IMG/VR virus record: IMGVR_UViG_3300033145_000191
Coordinates: 1 to 63,965 of that record
DNA length: 63,965 bases
Reading direction: 5' to 3' (one strand)
Origin: a virus
Taxonomy: Duplodnaviria; Caudoviricetes
Shown here: positions 19,092-29,324 of the stretch, one piece after another
Layout of the letters: each line of letters starts with the position of its first letter
Numbering within the stretch: the first letter of the stretch is position 1
Translations under genes and position numbers: made by a program
Notes under the pieces: generated by a model
Told to the model about the DNA's origin: nothing
Database searches by the model: none
What the model saw: the letters and a program-made list of their open reading frames with translations, nothing else

Positions 19092-19480
19092 GTGTAAGAT
19101 TTCAGACGCCATATAATAATCCGTTCATTACTATTACATTACCTAATCCAACATTAGGTGATTCAGATAGGCACAATAATAAAACACGATTGGCATTTGC
19201 CATGAGTGGGGATATTTATTCATTTAAACAGACACCAGCTACAAGAACACTATTATTGACTTTTAATAATATTGATGATTGTGGGGTTGATTTTTCTACA
19301 TATCCTGAGATTGTTGCATTCTTGAAAACTTACGCAGGATTAAAGTTACGATATATTGATCATATGGGAAATGCATGGTATGGTATTATATTAAATAACC
19401 CTGCTGAGTTTACAGCAAGAAATAAAACTTTTTATACCCTTACGATTCAATATGAGGGTTATATTGCAATCCCGGCTTAA
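19088..19480 (+). CDS. Distal tail-like protein B (paralog of A)
   Basis: TLPNPTLGD...YIDHMG, collinear with the upstream gene. Confidence 0.6.
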   Translation: MSVRFQTPYNNPFITITLPNPTLGDSDRHNNKTRLAFAMSGDIYSFKQTPATRTLLLTFNNIDDCGVDFSTYPEIVAFLKTYAGLKLRYIDHMGNAWYGIILNNPAEFTARNKTFYTLTIQYEGYIAIPA

Positions 19481-19498
19481 TTATTCTTGGAGTAAAAC

Positions 19499-22400
19499 AT
19501 GGCGCGTTCAATGACAGGCACGGCTCTTACGCAGAGTCTTGTAAAAGAAGCCCAAGAACCTATTCTGATTATTAAAATCGAATGGGACAGCGGCACAAAA
19601 TACTATTGCGATAAAACTTACACATTCGATGGGAATGTGTGCGCACCTATCATTTTATCAATAGGTAACTGTCAAGCAAGCGCCCCAATGTCTAATATTG
19701 GTGGAATTGCTACTATGTCATTAACTCTTGATGATACTGACGGGGCACTTAAGTCTATTACAAATTCAGATGAAATGGAGGGGGCTATTGTTACAGTCTA
19801 TCATCATTTTGCTAATTTGGCAGCAATTAATGCTGTTATATTGATGAAAGGTAAAATTGTTGCTGACATTGTTTGGGGTGAAGGTGACCGCACTTTGACG
19901 TTAAGTATTGAATCGGACATTACTTCTAAGCAGTTTGGTTTTGCTGCAACAACAGGTGATTGGGCAAATCTGCATGAGGATGCTGTCGGAAAACCTTGGC
20001 CTTTTGTTTTTGGTTCTCCAAGACTTGTGCCAGCTCTTAGAATTTATCGGCCAAATAGAAGTGTTCTTGCTGAACGTATTGATAATGGTAATGGTAGTTA
20101 TAAAATTAAAGATGGTGATAAGTTTCCTCAAGGTGAGAATATCACTATTGATATAGGTGGTATGCGTTATTATGGGACTTTTAGCGGTGATGTTTTTACA
20201 CCTACAGCCACAGGTATCAATATTAAAATTTATGGTGATGAATTAGTTATTGCAGCTAGAGAAGGTGAAAATACAGACCCTACTATAGCATGGATAGAAG
20301 ATGCTAATGGTGATCCTATTCCACTTGTGGGGCGTTTCTTAATGGCACACCATAATTTTGGTGATGGTAATCAAGAATTGTATAATCTTTGTATTGATCA
20401 ACAAGAAAAGAAATGTATTTTTGCAATTCCGATGAGGACATGGTCGTCTTTTGGTGGTGGTGAAATAGCACTAACGCCATCTGATAGTCTTGAAGAGGTT
20501 AGTGGATGGCCTCGTAGTGATTGGACATATACTTTTGCTACAGCTGTTGAACACAAAGTAATAGCTGATGGGGGTATTAAAACTTTATACTATTATTCTA
20601 CTGAAGCTATTTATCCATCAACATGGTCACATGATGCGGGGACGCGAGTGCTTGAAATAGCAAATCATGGTGATTTATATGTTTGTAATGCTAATTCATC
20701 AAGTGCTATACATGAAGTATGGGGTGTCCGAAAAGTTCGTGGCGCGTTTATTGGGTTGGATGAGATTCAACTTAAAGACGGCGTAACAATATGTAAGATT
20801 CCATCATCATATTACGATGAAAATTTAAGTCATAACCTTGGTGGTGATGTAATAAATGATGGTGATGGTAATGAACTCACACCAACAACTCTTGAATTTA
20901 CTACAGCACTTGAAGATTATGTTGGCGAAGGGTGGACAGGTGAAATTTATGTGACAGTTACCTCTACTATTTGTGCAAATAGCCAAAATACAGCTAATGC
21001 TATAAAACATATATTAGAGTATTGGACAAATTTAGATATTGATGCAACTTCATTTACAGCAGTAGCCTCAGACATTAATAATTTTCGGTCTGATTTTGTC
21101 TATCAAGATATAGGTGATGCCCTTGATGTATGTAATCAGATGGCTTGGGAAGCTCGTTGTGGATTGTATATTTCAGCGGGAAAAGTATTTATTACATATC
21201 TTTCTAATAATCCCTCGGTAACATTTAATGCTACTGAACCCACTACAGTTTTTAAGTCTCTCACAACAAGTTTTATTTCGACAGAAGATTTGATAACATG
21301 TATACACGCAAAATGTAAAAGAACTTATTTTCCAACAGATACTATTCATGAATTCAAATATATGAATAATGAAAATTTATATGGTCTTGTTCCTATGGAA
21401 CATGATTTTTTAATCTATTCGAATTTAACGTGTATGAGTATATCGACTGCTTTTTGGTGTTATCGATATTCTAATTCTTGGAGAACTCTTAATACTCAGC
21501 ACTTCATGAGTGCATTAATTCTTGAGCCGCGTGATTGTGTCAAATATGCTATTGAAGAATATTCTACTATTCAATTGAAAGGAGTAGTTACTGCTGTTTC
21601 ACATGACACAGGCCAGCATTTAATATCCATTCAATCGATCTTAGAATCAAAGACTGGTGATACTGCTGCTTTAGGCGGTCCTAGTAAAGATAGTAACTTT
21701 TGGGATGGGCCAGATGCTTGGGATGTTAACGCCTCTTATACAATTACTGATCCTTCAATAGGATTATCAGAATCAACTGAATATGTTGAGAAGGATATTA
21801 AGGATACTTTCTTTAATACAATACGCACTAAGTCGGATGCTATTACTGCTAAAGGTAGTTCGGAAAAAGGTGTTGTTGTTGATAGTATAGATGCTATTCC
21901 AAGGAAACGGACACTGGATGAAGTTGTTGTGATTCCTAAATCATTAGGGGATGCTGTTTACAATGATTCTGGTGAGGAGATACCAGCTTATTCTGCAATG
22001 GAAATAACTGGTAAGACGGCGAATAGTCAATGGGAAATAAAAAAACCTACAACAGATTCTTTATCTGCTGGCCTTGTATTATTTAATGGCGAAGTTGCTA
22101 TTGCTGATGGAGCTACAGGTATTGGATATAGCGCTTTTGATGATGAAGTAATTACTGAACATGCTGGTAACGCTCCAGATGTTGGTGATGTTGTTGGGAC
22201 TCAAGCTGATGATTATAATATTGCTGTTGGAAAGACAGGTTTTGTCGTATTAAATGCAGCAAATGGGAGGGTGGTGATAAGGCCGAAAAGCCCTTTTGAG
22301 TCTGTGGTGCGATATGCACAGAGTTGTATTCTTCTTAAAAATGATTCTAGCAATCCACAAGGTGAAGATGGACTGATTATAGATAACACAAGCACAGGTA

Positions 22401-22960
22401 AAGACTATATTGTTTATGTTACAGAAGCTTCAGAAGAGCGTCTATTAATTAAATTTGATAAGGCTATTGACATAGGTGACGGTTCTGAGTGGCGTATATT
22501 TATTCCTGGTTACCAGCTTATGGAATTTTATGATGATGCCGCTATACCTGTTAGTGGTGGTGGGTTTGGTGAAGTTGGTATTCATCCAGTTCATGTTGAT
22601 TTTGATTGTGCGACAGCTACTTGGGATTCACTTAATTGTGTATCAGGATACCTTACGACAGAGTGGCCATCATCAGATTGTTCAAATAATAATGAATTTT
22701 CACCTACGTCAGTGTATATGCGAATTATTAATCTTGATGATCCTTGGTATTTTTGGGGTGTTATAGATGATGGTGGTATGATTATTACACTTAATCAATC
22801 TACTTGTGTAGAAAATATAATCACTGGTGTAATGTTATTGATGAAACAATGGAATGGGTTACAAGGTGGTAATGCTAGTAATTTGTATGATTGCACGCAC
22901 AATTGGGACATTACTGCTTACAGAAACCAAATTATTGGTTATAAAACTGACGTAGTTTAA
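19499..22960 (+). CDS. Tail tip/baseplate hub protein with C-terminal receptor-binding region
   Basis: 1153 aa; VGKPWPFVFG motif; position after distal tail genes. Confidence 0.75.
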   Translation: MARSMTGTALTQSLVKEAQEPILIIKIEWDSGTKYYCDKTYTFDGNVCAPIILSIGNCQASAPMSNIGGIATMSLTLDDTDGALKSITNSDEMEGAIVTVYHHFANLAAINAVILMKGKIVADIVWGEGDRTLTLSIESDITSKQFGFAATTGDWANLHEDAVGKPWPFVFGSPRLVPALRIYRPNRSVLAERIDNGNGSYKIKDGDKFPQGENITIDIGGMRYYGTFSGDVFTPTATGINIKIYGDELVIAAREGENTDPTIAWIEDANGDPIPLVGRFLMAHHNFGDGNQELYNLCIDQQEKKCIFAIPMRTWSSFGGGEIALTPSDSLEEVSGWPRSDWTYTFATAVEHKVIADGGIKTLYYYSTEAIYPSTWSHDAGTRVLEIANHGDLYVCNANSSSAIHEVWGVRKVRGAFIGLDEIQLKDGVTICKIPSSYYDENLSHNLGGDVINDGDGNELTPTTLEFTTALEDYVGEGWTGEIYVTVTSTICANSQNTANAIKHILEYWTNLDIDATSFTAVASDINNFRSDFVYQDIGDALDVCNQMAWEARCGLYISAGKVFITYLSNNPSVTFNATEPTTVFKSLTTSFISTEDLITCIHAKCKRTYFPTDTIHEFKYMNNENLYGLVPMEHDFLIYSNLTCMSISTAFWCYRYSNSWRTLNTQHFMSALILEPRDCVKYAIEEYSTIQLKGVVTAVSHDTGQHLISIQSILESKTGDTAALGGPSKDSNFWDGPDAWDVNASYTITDPSIGLSESTEYVEKDIKDTFFNTIRTKSDAITAKGSSEKGVVVDSIDAIPRKRTLDEVVVIPKSLGDAVYNDSGEEIPAYSAMEITGKTANSQWEIKKPTTDSLSAGLVLFNGEVAIADGATGIGYSAFDDEVITEHAGNAPDVGDVVGTQADDYNIAVGKTGFVVLNAANGRVVIRPKSPFESVVRYAQSCILLKNDSSNPQGEDGLIIDNTSTGKDYIVYVTEASEERLLIKFDKAIDIGDGSEWRIFIPGYQLMEFYDDAAIPVSGGGFGEVGIHPVHVDFDCATATWDSLNCVSGYLTTEWPSSDCSNNNEFSPTSVYMRIINLDDPWYFWGVIDDGGMIITLNQSTCVENIITGVMLLMKQWNGLQGGNASNLYDCTHNWDITAYRNQIIGYKTDVV

Positions 22961-22974
22961 TTAAGGAGTTTAGT

Positions 22975-23394
22975 ATGTGGATTATTGCACAAGTAGCAGA
23001 AAGTGTGTCCGATAGCACAAGTGTTGTAAGCGGCTGGTGGGTTCCAATAGTGGCCCTTGTCTTAACAGCTATAGCTTATCAGCTTGTTAGACTCATTAAG
23101 AAGGGGGGTCAGTGGCTTGAAAATAAGTTTGGGGCTACAGAAGCAGAGAAAGAAATGATGTTAAATCTGCAAGAAGGTATTGCATTTGCACAAGATGAAA
23201 TGGGACGGGAACTTAAGAAGGCAGCAAGTGATGGAAAAGTAACAAAAGAAGAAGCCGCACAACTTAAAGCACTGGCTATTAAACATGCAATGGATATTGG
23301 TAGAGGACCAGCATTTACTCTAATGAAAGAAGTTGGAGTAGGGCGTCTTGGTGCTTTAATTGAAATGTTACTGTCAAAATTCAAACCTAATTAG
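22975..23394 (+). CDS. Putative holin-like membrane protein
   Basis: N-terminal TM segment (WWVPIVALVLTAIAY) plus helical cytoplasmic domain. Confidence 0.5.
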   Translation: MWIIAQVAESVSDSTSVVSGWWVPIVALVLTAIAYQLVRLIKKGGQWLENKFGATEAEKEMMLNLQEGIAFAQDEMGRELKKAASDGKVTKEEAAQLKALAIKHAMDIGRGPAFTLMKEVGVGRLGALIEMLLSKFKPN

Positions 23395-23406
23395 AAAGGT
23401 ATAATT

Positions 23407-23541
23407 ATGGCTAGGCCAAAAGATGGTCGTGGAAAAGGTGCAGGTGGTGGCGGTGGGCGAAATACAGGAAAATGTGCCGCTGGTGGCCCAGGTTACGGGC
23501 GTGGAGGAGGTCGAGGCAGCGGACGTAATCGGAAAGGTTAA
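23407..23541 (+). CDS. Gly/Arg-rich microprotein (44 aa)
   Basis: MARPKDGRGKGAGGGGGRNTGKCAAGGPGYGRGGGRGSGRNRKG; AGAAAGG RBS; fills the gap between genes. Confidence 0.55.
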   Translation: MARPKDGRGKGAGGGGGRNTGKCAAGGPGYGRGGGRGSGRNRKG

Positions 23542-23544
23542 GCT

Positions 23545-23712
23545 ATGAAACAGATTATTAGCTTCCTTGTGCAACTTTTAGCGGAGGTTATATCTGATGC
23601 ACTCAAAGTATTCAAATCAACAAAAGTTGAAAGCGCCGAGTCTACTCTTGGCCTTTCTGCTACTCCTGTTGATGAGCTTATCAATAGGTATGGCAGGCTG
23701 TTCAGGGACTAG
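23545..23712 (+). CDS. Small protein, possible inner-spanin-like partner
   Basis: MKQIISFLVQLLAEVISDALKVF... (55 aa), overlaps the lipoprotein gene. Confidence 0.45.
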   Translation: MKQIISFLVQLLAEVISDALKVFKSTKVESAESTLGLSATPVDELINRYGRLFRD

Positions 23713-23920
23713 GATTGTCTATGCTGGTTTTGCTCGACAACCCGAAGAAGCTCAAGGTGCTATTCGAATTGCTACAAATAGTCCGATACAAGTAACAGTT
23801 GTAGGAGTAGACGATTTTACTACCAAAATGGATTTGGGTGGTAAATATATTATTAGTGGGCCTGATTTGAAAGGGCTTATTGGTGCTGCACGTAAAGTTT
23901 CGGATGCTTCCATCAGGTAG
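23597..23920 (+). CDS. Lipoprotein, possible outer-spanin-like
   Basis: Hydrophobic signal followed by lipobox-like MAGC; start uncertain. Confidence 0.55.
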   Translation: MHSKYSNQQKLKAPSLLLAFLLLLLMSLSIGMAGCSGTRIVYAGFARQPEEAQGAIRIATNSPIQVTVVGVDDFTTKMDLGGKYIISGPDLKGLIGAARKVSDASIR

Positions 23921-24242
23921 TATATTTGCCCCACAGCGGGGCAATCCGCCAGATTGTCCCGCTGGTTATATTCGTGATGCTAGTAATGCATGGATATTTC
24001 ATCCAGTTGTAAATGATTGCGAATTTCGTAAGGAAGAAGAATATTACCTCCAATGTGGGAAAAAACGTATTAGAAGTATCTGCACGATACTAAAATCACA
24101 TGTGTTACCCGGCACTTGTAAATTATGTCAGGAGGATGAACATTGGCTTTCGGAGTGTTTAAAGAAGTTTGGCTTGCTGGAAAAGGACCAAGTCTCGATA
24201 CCTTTGACTGGTCAAAAGCTGGACCATCTAGAATCGCAATAA
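23880..24242 (+). CDS. Cys-rich hypothetical protein
   Basis: PPDCPAGY.RD...W.F motif and several Cys; start uncertain. Confidence 0.5.
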   Translation: MVLHVKFRMLPSGSIFAPQRGNPPDCPAGYIRDASNAWIFHPVVNDCEFRKEEEYYLQCGKKRIRSICTILKSHVLPGTCKLCQEDEHWLSECLKKFGLLEKDQVSIPLTGQKLDHLESQ

Positions 24243-24691
24243 ATGAGACAGTTTTTATAGTCCCTAAAGTTCGTGCTGTTTTTTATATTGATTATAATGT
24301 TGCAGACAAATTACGAAATCAAGAAACTGGCGAATTGTTTATCGACCCATCAATAATAATATTTAAGAAAAAAACACATTATGCTTATAAATTTGAGAAT
24401 GAATATCTATACTATGATGAAGTTAAAGATTGGCAAGGCACAGCTACAATTGCTGTTCAAGTATTATATAGTTTAGGAATGCGTAAATTGCATCTAATTG
24501 GATTTGATTCATTAGCTGGTAATGCTAGTTATGCCAATTCTATTAAAGGTATCCAGAGTGAAGGTAATACTTCTGATAATTATCGTAGATTGAATAAATC
24601 CTTACTTCATGTTATTAAGGATTTGAAAATCGAAGCTATATTGGAGATTAATAATGAGAGCAAGTCTATTGGTGACAACTTTTTGTCGTAA
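24143..24691 (+). CDS. DUF115/Maf/MptE-like glycosyltransferase-related protein
   Basis: LAGKGPSL, IAINE, TATIAVQVLYSLG..KLHLIGFD; TTG start with GGAGG. Confidence 0.72.
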   Translation: MAFGVFKEVWLAGKGPSLDTFDWSKAGPSRIAINETVFIVPKVRAVFYIDYNVADKLRNQETGELFIDPSIIIFKKKTHYAYKFENEYLYYDEVKDWQGTATIAVQVLYSLGMRKLHLIGFDSLAGNASYANSIKGIQSEGNTSDNYRRLNKSLLHVIKDLKIEAILEINNESKSIGDNFLS

Positions 24692-25394
24692 TGAGCTTCT
24701 TGAATTTGGTCTTGACTCTATGCAAGTTCCAAATGATATAGAAGTAATTGTTCTTGACGACGGTTTACTAAATGATGCAAAAGAAATTACAAATAAACAC
24801 GGGTTTTCATATCTTCATACAGGTCACGATACAGAATTACATTGGCGCATCCCTGGCTACGCGCTAAACATCGGAGCAAAACGGGCAAAAGGTGATGTTA
24901 TAATCATTACTTGTGCTGAAATGTATCATGTTAATAATTGTATTGACTTGATACTTAAACCTTTTGAAAATGATAAATACTGTTTGACAATCCCAAATGG
25001 GGCTCAAGATTATCAGGGAGCATACCTTAACAATTTAAAAAATGGTAAAGGCCACAGTCAACTTATTTTTGAACAAAAGTGTTGTAAACTTAAAAATGAA
25101 TTACCCTTTTTCTTAGGTGTTAATCGTAATATTTTCTTAGCAATTGGCGGATATGATGAAGATTTCATTGGTCAAGCTTTTGATGATAACGATATTGTCG
25201 AGCGTCTTATTAATTATGGTTGCTATTATCAAAAGACACAAGCTCAAATAGTTCATCTTCACCATAATCGGTCATTTCCCGGTAGGAGTATAGATGGAAA
25301 TCGTCGATGGAACTATAATAGGGTTCTCTATGAAGGGCGATTGGGAACCATTATCAGAAACGAAAATCGAGAATGGGGAGTATTAAATGGTTAA
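24654..25394 (+). CDS. Glycosyltransferase family 2 (GT7-like C-terminus)
   Basis: EVIVLDDG, ALNIGAKRAKGD, IGGYDEDF...DDND, HLHH. Confidence 0.88.
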   Translation: MRASLLVTTFCRNELLEFGLDSMQVPNDIEVIVLDDGLLNDAKEITNKHGFSYLHTGHDTELHWRIPGYALNIGAKRAKGDVIIITCAEMYHVNNCIDLILKPFENDKYCLTIPNGAQDYQGAYLNNLKNGKGHSQLIFEQKCCKLKNELPFFLGVNRNIFLAIGGYDEDFIGQAFDDNDIVERLINYGCYYQKTQAQIVHLHHNRSFPGRSIDGNRRWNYNRVLYEGRLGTIIRNENREWGVLNG

Positions 25395-26334
25395 GAAAGG
25401 ATATACTGCGGCACTTGAATTTCCTGGGAAACTTTTACAGTGTAATGATGCTGTAGTAGATGGTAAAATCAGACCATATCATATTCAATTTTCACCTACA
25501 AATAGGTGTAATGGTAATTGTCCATGGTGCTCTTGTAGAGATGTTGATCGGTCACTTGAAATGCCTATAGCAGAGTGTCTTAATATGCTTGAGTATTTCA
25601 AAAAACTTGGAACTAAAGCAATTACTATTACTGGTGGAGGTGAACCTACAATCCATCCAGGAATTTATAACATTATTCTACATGCAAAAGCTTGCGGAAT
25701 AGATGTTGGAATCGTTACTAATGGTTTGAAATGGGGTGCTGATAGTGAACATGTTCCAGTAGAGGTTCAGGCTGCCATAACATGGATGCGTGTATCAATT
25801 ATTGATACTGAAGGTGAGTATGATACAGAACGTATTGCACGTATTGCAGCAAAATTCACGACTGTTGATATTGGAATCAGTTTCACAACAACACCCAATG
25901 TTAATGTGAAAACAGCCATTGAACTTAGTAAAATTGCAAATCGTTTTAAGAATATTACACATATTCGATTCGTTCAAGATGTTCTTAATACGGATGATTC
26001 TGGTGTCACGGCAGTTAAAGAGGCTTGTGAATCTTTAACTGACAAGTCAATTTTTCAGTATCGTAATAAACATGGTTGGGGCGCAAGTAAATGTTGGTTG
26101 AGCCGATTAAAACCATTTATTGCACCTAATGGTATTGTTTATCCCTGTTGCGGAGTGCAATATGCAACTGATATTACTCGGAAGCTTCCTTTTCAATTTC
26201 GAATGGGTCATTGGAGAGATTTTGCAAGCCTTCATGTTTTTGATGGGAGTCGTTGTAAACGCTGCCATTATCAAAAATATAATGATATTCTCAACGTCTT
26301 GACTGATCAATATGAACATGGGAGATTCATCTAA
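25387..26334 (+). CDS. Radical SAM protein with SPASM/twitch domain
   Basis: CNGNCPWC (CxxxCxxC), TGGGEPT, TNG, C-terminal GIVYPCC...CKRC. Confidence 0.9.
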   Translation: MVKKGYTAALEFPGKLLQCNDAVVDGKIRPYHIQFSPTNRCNGNCPWCSCRDVDRSLEMPIAECLNMLEYFKKLGTKAITITGGGEPTIHPGIYNIILHAKACGIDVGIVTNGLKWGADSEHVPVEVQAAITWMRVSIIDTEGEYDTERIARIAAKFTTVDIGISFTTTPNVNVKTAIELSKIANRFKNITHIRFVQDVLNTDDSGVTAVKEACESLTDKSIFQYRNKHGWGASKCWLSRLKPFIAPNGIVYPCCGVQYATDITRKLPFQFRMGHWRDFASLHVFDGSRCKRCHYQKYNDILNVLTDQYEHGRFI

Positions 26335-27152
26335 TGCAAATAGTATTTCCTGAAAGATGTAATCCACAAAAATATTATAAGTTGCATGTTCAATATATGA
26401 TTAATTCTGCTAGAGCGGCCGGCCATATTGTGTCTATAGACAAAAATGCAATACCATTACCAGATGGCCAAGAGTGTCGTTTAATTATTCTTGTAGACGG
26501 TAAAAAGCTTATGGTAGACTATTGTGATTTTCCAATCGTAACTGAATTTGAACTAGAACATAAAAACATCTTAAAGTTTCATAAATTTAAAAACTCACTC
26601 AAGTATATTAATCCATTCCCACCAATCAGTTTCTATGACTGGTCGCAATATGCTGAGTTGGCAAATGAAATAACATATACCGCTCAAGGTGAAATAATTA
26701 GCAGTCGTCAGTCATTTACACAGCATCAGAAGTCTGCCGCAACACGTCGGCATGTCCAAAAGACTATGGCTGATAAATATGGCGACATTGTGAAATATGG
26801 GCGTATTGAACAGGTTGACTTTTGGAAAGAGATAAGTCACAGTTTAGTTAGCGTCTGTGTTCCCGGTGCTTGCAGTTCTATTCTCGACCGTGGCCAGTTA
26901 CAGTGGATGGGTTTTGGCGGTTGCACTATCTCGCCGCACATCGACACGATACTGCCTTGGAACCGAGAACTTGTCAGTGGTGTTCATTACCTTGAGTGCA
27001 AGAATGATTTCAGTAATCTGTTTGCACTTATCGACTGGTGTAAGGACAATCGCGACAAGTGTGTTGAGATTGGTCAAAACGCCAAACAGTTATTCATGGA
27101 AACCTGCCACCCGATTAAGGCATGGGAGTGGGTTCAGGAGTGTATATCGTGA
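26334..27152 (+). CDS. GT-B glycosyltransferase-like protein (CgeB/GT1_2-like C-terminus)
   Basis: C-terminal GVHYLECKNDFSNL...EIGQNAKQLF pattern. Confidence 0.68.
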   Translation: MQIVFPERCNPQKYYKLHVQYMINSARAAGHIVSIDKNAIPLPDGQECRLIILVDGKKLMVDYCDFPIVTEFELEHKNILKFHKFKNSLKYINPFPPISFYDWSQYAELANEITYTAQGEIISSRQSFTQHQKSAATRRHVQKTMADKYGDIVKYGRIEQVDFWKEISHSLVSVCVPGACSSILDRGQLQWMGFGGCTISPHIDTILPWNRELVSGVHYLECKNDFSNLFALIDWCKDNRDKCVEIGQNAKQLFMETCHPIKAWEWVQECIS

Positions 27153-27877
27153 AAGTAACTGTATTTACTTGTTCACATAATCATGGATGCTATCTTGAAC
27201 AATGCATTCGTAGTGTTCTTAGTCAGACACACACTGACTTTGAATACTTACTATATGCTGATGTTCCAATAGATAATACTATTGAGGTTATGCAAAAGTT
27301 TGCTAAACAAGATTCAAGAATCAAAGTCTTTTATCCTGAACTTCATAGTGAGATAAATATATCAAGACTTGTTAACCAAAGTATCAAGGACATGACTACT
27401 GACTATTGGATATGGGCTCCTGCAGATGATTACTTTCTCCCTAGACTTATTGAAAAGAAACTAGAGTGGATTAATATTTTCAAAGGTATTCATCCTGATG
27501 CAGTTATCTATGATGATGCTTGCATCATACATGAACGTGAAGAATTTAAAGTTCAACACGATTGTAAATTTTCGCCATATACGCCTAAAGAATTTTCTAA
27601 GATTGTATGGGAAGGCATAAGTATCGGTTTCACAGGGATACTGATTCCAAAATCAGTCTTTGAAATTGTAGGTGGTTTTGATGTAGATGTCTTATGGAGC
27701 GACGACTTTGAATGGATGGTGCGGGCTGCTGGTATTCATAAGATACCATTCCTACATCTTCCTGAGATTCTACACATTAAACGTAAGAATAAGAAGTCTA
27801 CGTCCTCTGACACACTAATAAAAAAAATTCGGGCAAATGCCCCGAAGATTATTAAAAAACTAAGGGGTCAATTATGA
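27149..27877 (+). CDS. Glycosyltransferase family 2
   Basis: YLEQCIRSVLSQTHTDFE, ADD, GGFD...DDFEW. Confidence 0.9.
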   Translation: MKVTVFTCSHNHGCYLEQCIRSVLSQTHTDFEYLLYADVPIDNTIEVMQKFAKQDSRIKVFYPELHSEINISRLVNQSIKDMTTDYWIWAPADDYFLPRLIEKKLEWINIFKGIHPDAVIYDDACIIHEREEFKVQHDCKFSPYTPKEFSKIVWEGISIGFTGILIPKSVFEIVGGFDVDVLWSDDFEWMVRAAGIHKIPFLHLPEILHIKRKNKKSTSSDTLIKKIRANAPKIIKKLRGQL

Positions 27878-28521
27878 AATATTTATTTTGGGTATCTGTC
27901 GATGATATTCTTAAAGATTTTATAATCGGCAATAAGATGCTTCAATATGTCTCAAAAATATTTCCATTTGTAGCAGTTTGTTCTGGTGAAGAATCCCATA
28001 AGTGGATATCTAGATATTATGGCGGTTCATTTCATACTGGATTACCAAATGATCTTCAAATAAAAGGTTATACGATTATACGCCTGATACAAGGTAGTAG
28101 TGACACATTTGATTACATTGTGCGTATAGATATGGATGCTATAATCATGAATCCGATTTGGCTAATTAAACGTATTGAAGACAATGTTAATCGACACCAC
28201 CGTATTATAGCCGGGAATCCTGCCATTTTTAATCACGAGTCGCATATAAGAGGCGGGTGTAATGTTACAACAGGTAGAGCATTAGAAAATTTTCAATTGC
28301 ACCCTTATGGAAATCCAATGGCTTTTGATGAAATTTATACCAGGCAACTGGTAGCTAACGGTGTTATAAAACAAGAGCTTGAGATTTTTGAAATTAATAA
28401 TTATTATACAGGCAAATGCCCTGTTTGGCATCCAGACAAGTCACCATATATTAACGACCCTGTTGAATATTTGGCCGCTAGGTTTGAGATTTTTGAATCA
28501 CAAATGGAGAGATTGAAATGA
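27874..28521 (+). CDS. Putative GT-A glycosyltransferase
   Basis: FDYIVRIDMD (DxD motif); inside GT cluster. Confidence 0.55.
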   Translation: MKYLFWVSVDDILKDFIIGNKMLQYVSKIFPFVAVCSGEESHKWISRYYGGSFHTGLPNDLQIKGYTIIRLIQGSSDTFDYIVRIDMDAIIMNPIWLIKRIEDNVNRHHRIIAGNPAIFNHESHIRGGCNVTTGRALENFQLHPYGNPMAFDEIYTRQLVANGVIKQELEIFEINNYYTGKCPVWHPDKSPYINDPVEYLAARFEIFESQMERLK

Positions 28522-29324
28522 TTCCAAAACGTATGATCTTTTGTTGGGGCGCCGGTGACAAGATGTCCTGGATGAGATTCATGACACTAAAGTCATTTCG
28601 GATTATGAATCCTGATTGGGAAATGTGCCTCTATATTATTAGACATGATGCAACTACCAAGACATGGGATTCTCTAGAGGAACAGGACTTCTTTAAATAT
28701 GGGGGAGAGGATTATTTTGAACGTATTCATCAATTAGGCATCACTTTTGTCCCATGGAAAGCTCGCGGGATTCTTGTTGGTGCAGGGCCACAGCATCTTA
28801 GTAATTTTCTAAAGTGGGATGAAATGGCAACCAGTGGTGGTTTCTATTCTGATATGGATATACTATGGACACAGCCATTTGATAAATTCTATAATATTGT
28901 TAAAGAGTATAATACTGTATTGTGCCGGGATAGATGGTGGTCAATAGGGCTATTAGGTTCTACACCTAATAATGATTTCTTTTTTGATCTTCATCAAAAT
29001 GCTATGCAGTATTTTACATTATCACAGTATCAATGTGCAGGTGTTAAGACGTTAGCTCGATTAGGAATCAAAACTGAACGCGACATTGAGGAACGGTATC
29101 CTGGCAATCGTGTTTATAATTTTGGAATGAATCTTGTATATCGATGGGATTACAATGCTCTTGATAAAATATTCAAGACTATTGTGCCTATCCCTGATTC
29201 GACAATCGGTATCCATTGGTATGGTGGACACCCGACGTCTCAGGCAATGAACAACAAACTATGTGAAGGAAATTATAAGGAGTTTCCTTGCACCTTCACC
29301 ACAGCCGTGGGGGGGATCTATTAA
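28518..29324 (+). CDS. Glycosyltransferase, GT32/DXD sugar-binding type
   Basis: IPKRMIFCW, GGFYSDMD, IGIHWYGG. Confidence 0.82.
   Translation: MIPKRMIFCWGAGDKMSWMRFMTLKSFRIMNPDWEMCLYIIRHDATTKTWDSLEEQDFFKYGGEDYFERIHQLGITFVPWKARGILVGAGPQHLSNFLKWDEMATSGGFYSDMDILWTQPFDKFYNIVKEYNTVLCRDRWWSIGLLGSTPNNDFFFDLHQNAMQYFTLSQYQCAGVKTLARLGIKTERDIEERYPGNRVYNFGMNLVYRWDYNALDKIFKTIVPIPDSTIGIHWYGGHPTSQAMNNKLCEGNYKEFPCTFTTAVGGIY

Noticed and set aside
19499-22960. Diversity-generating retroelement
   Set aside because: No reverse transcriptase and no template/variable repeat pair noticed
25387-26334. QueE of a 7-deazaguanine pathway
   Set aside because: It has a SPASM-type C-terminus and glycosyltransferase neighbours; no QueC, QueD, FolE or DpdA recognised
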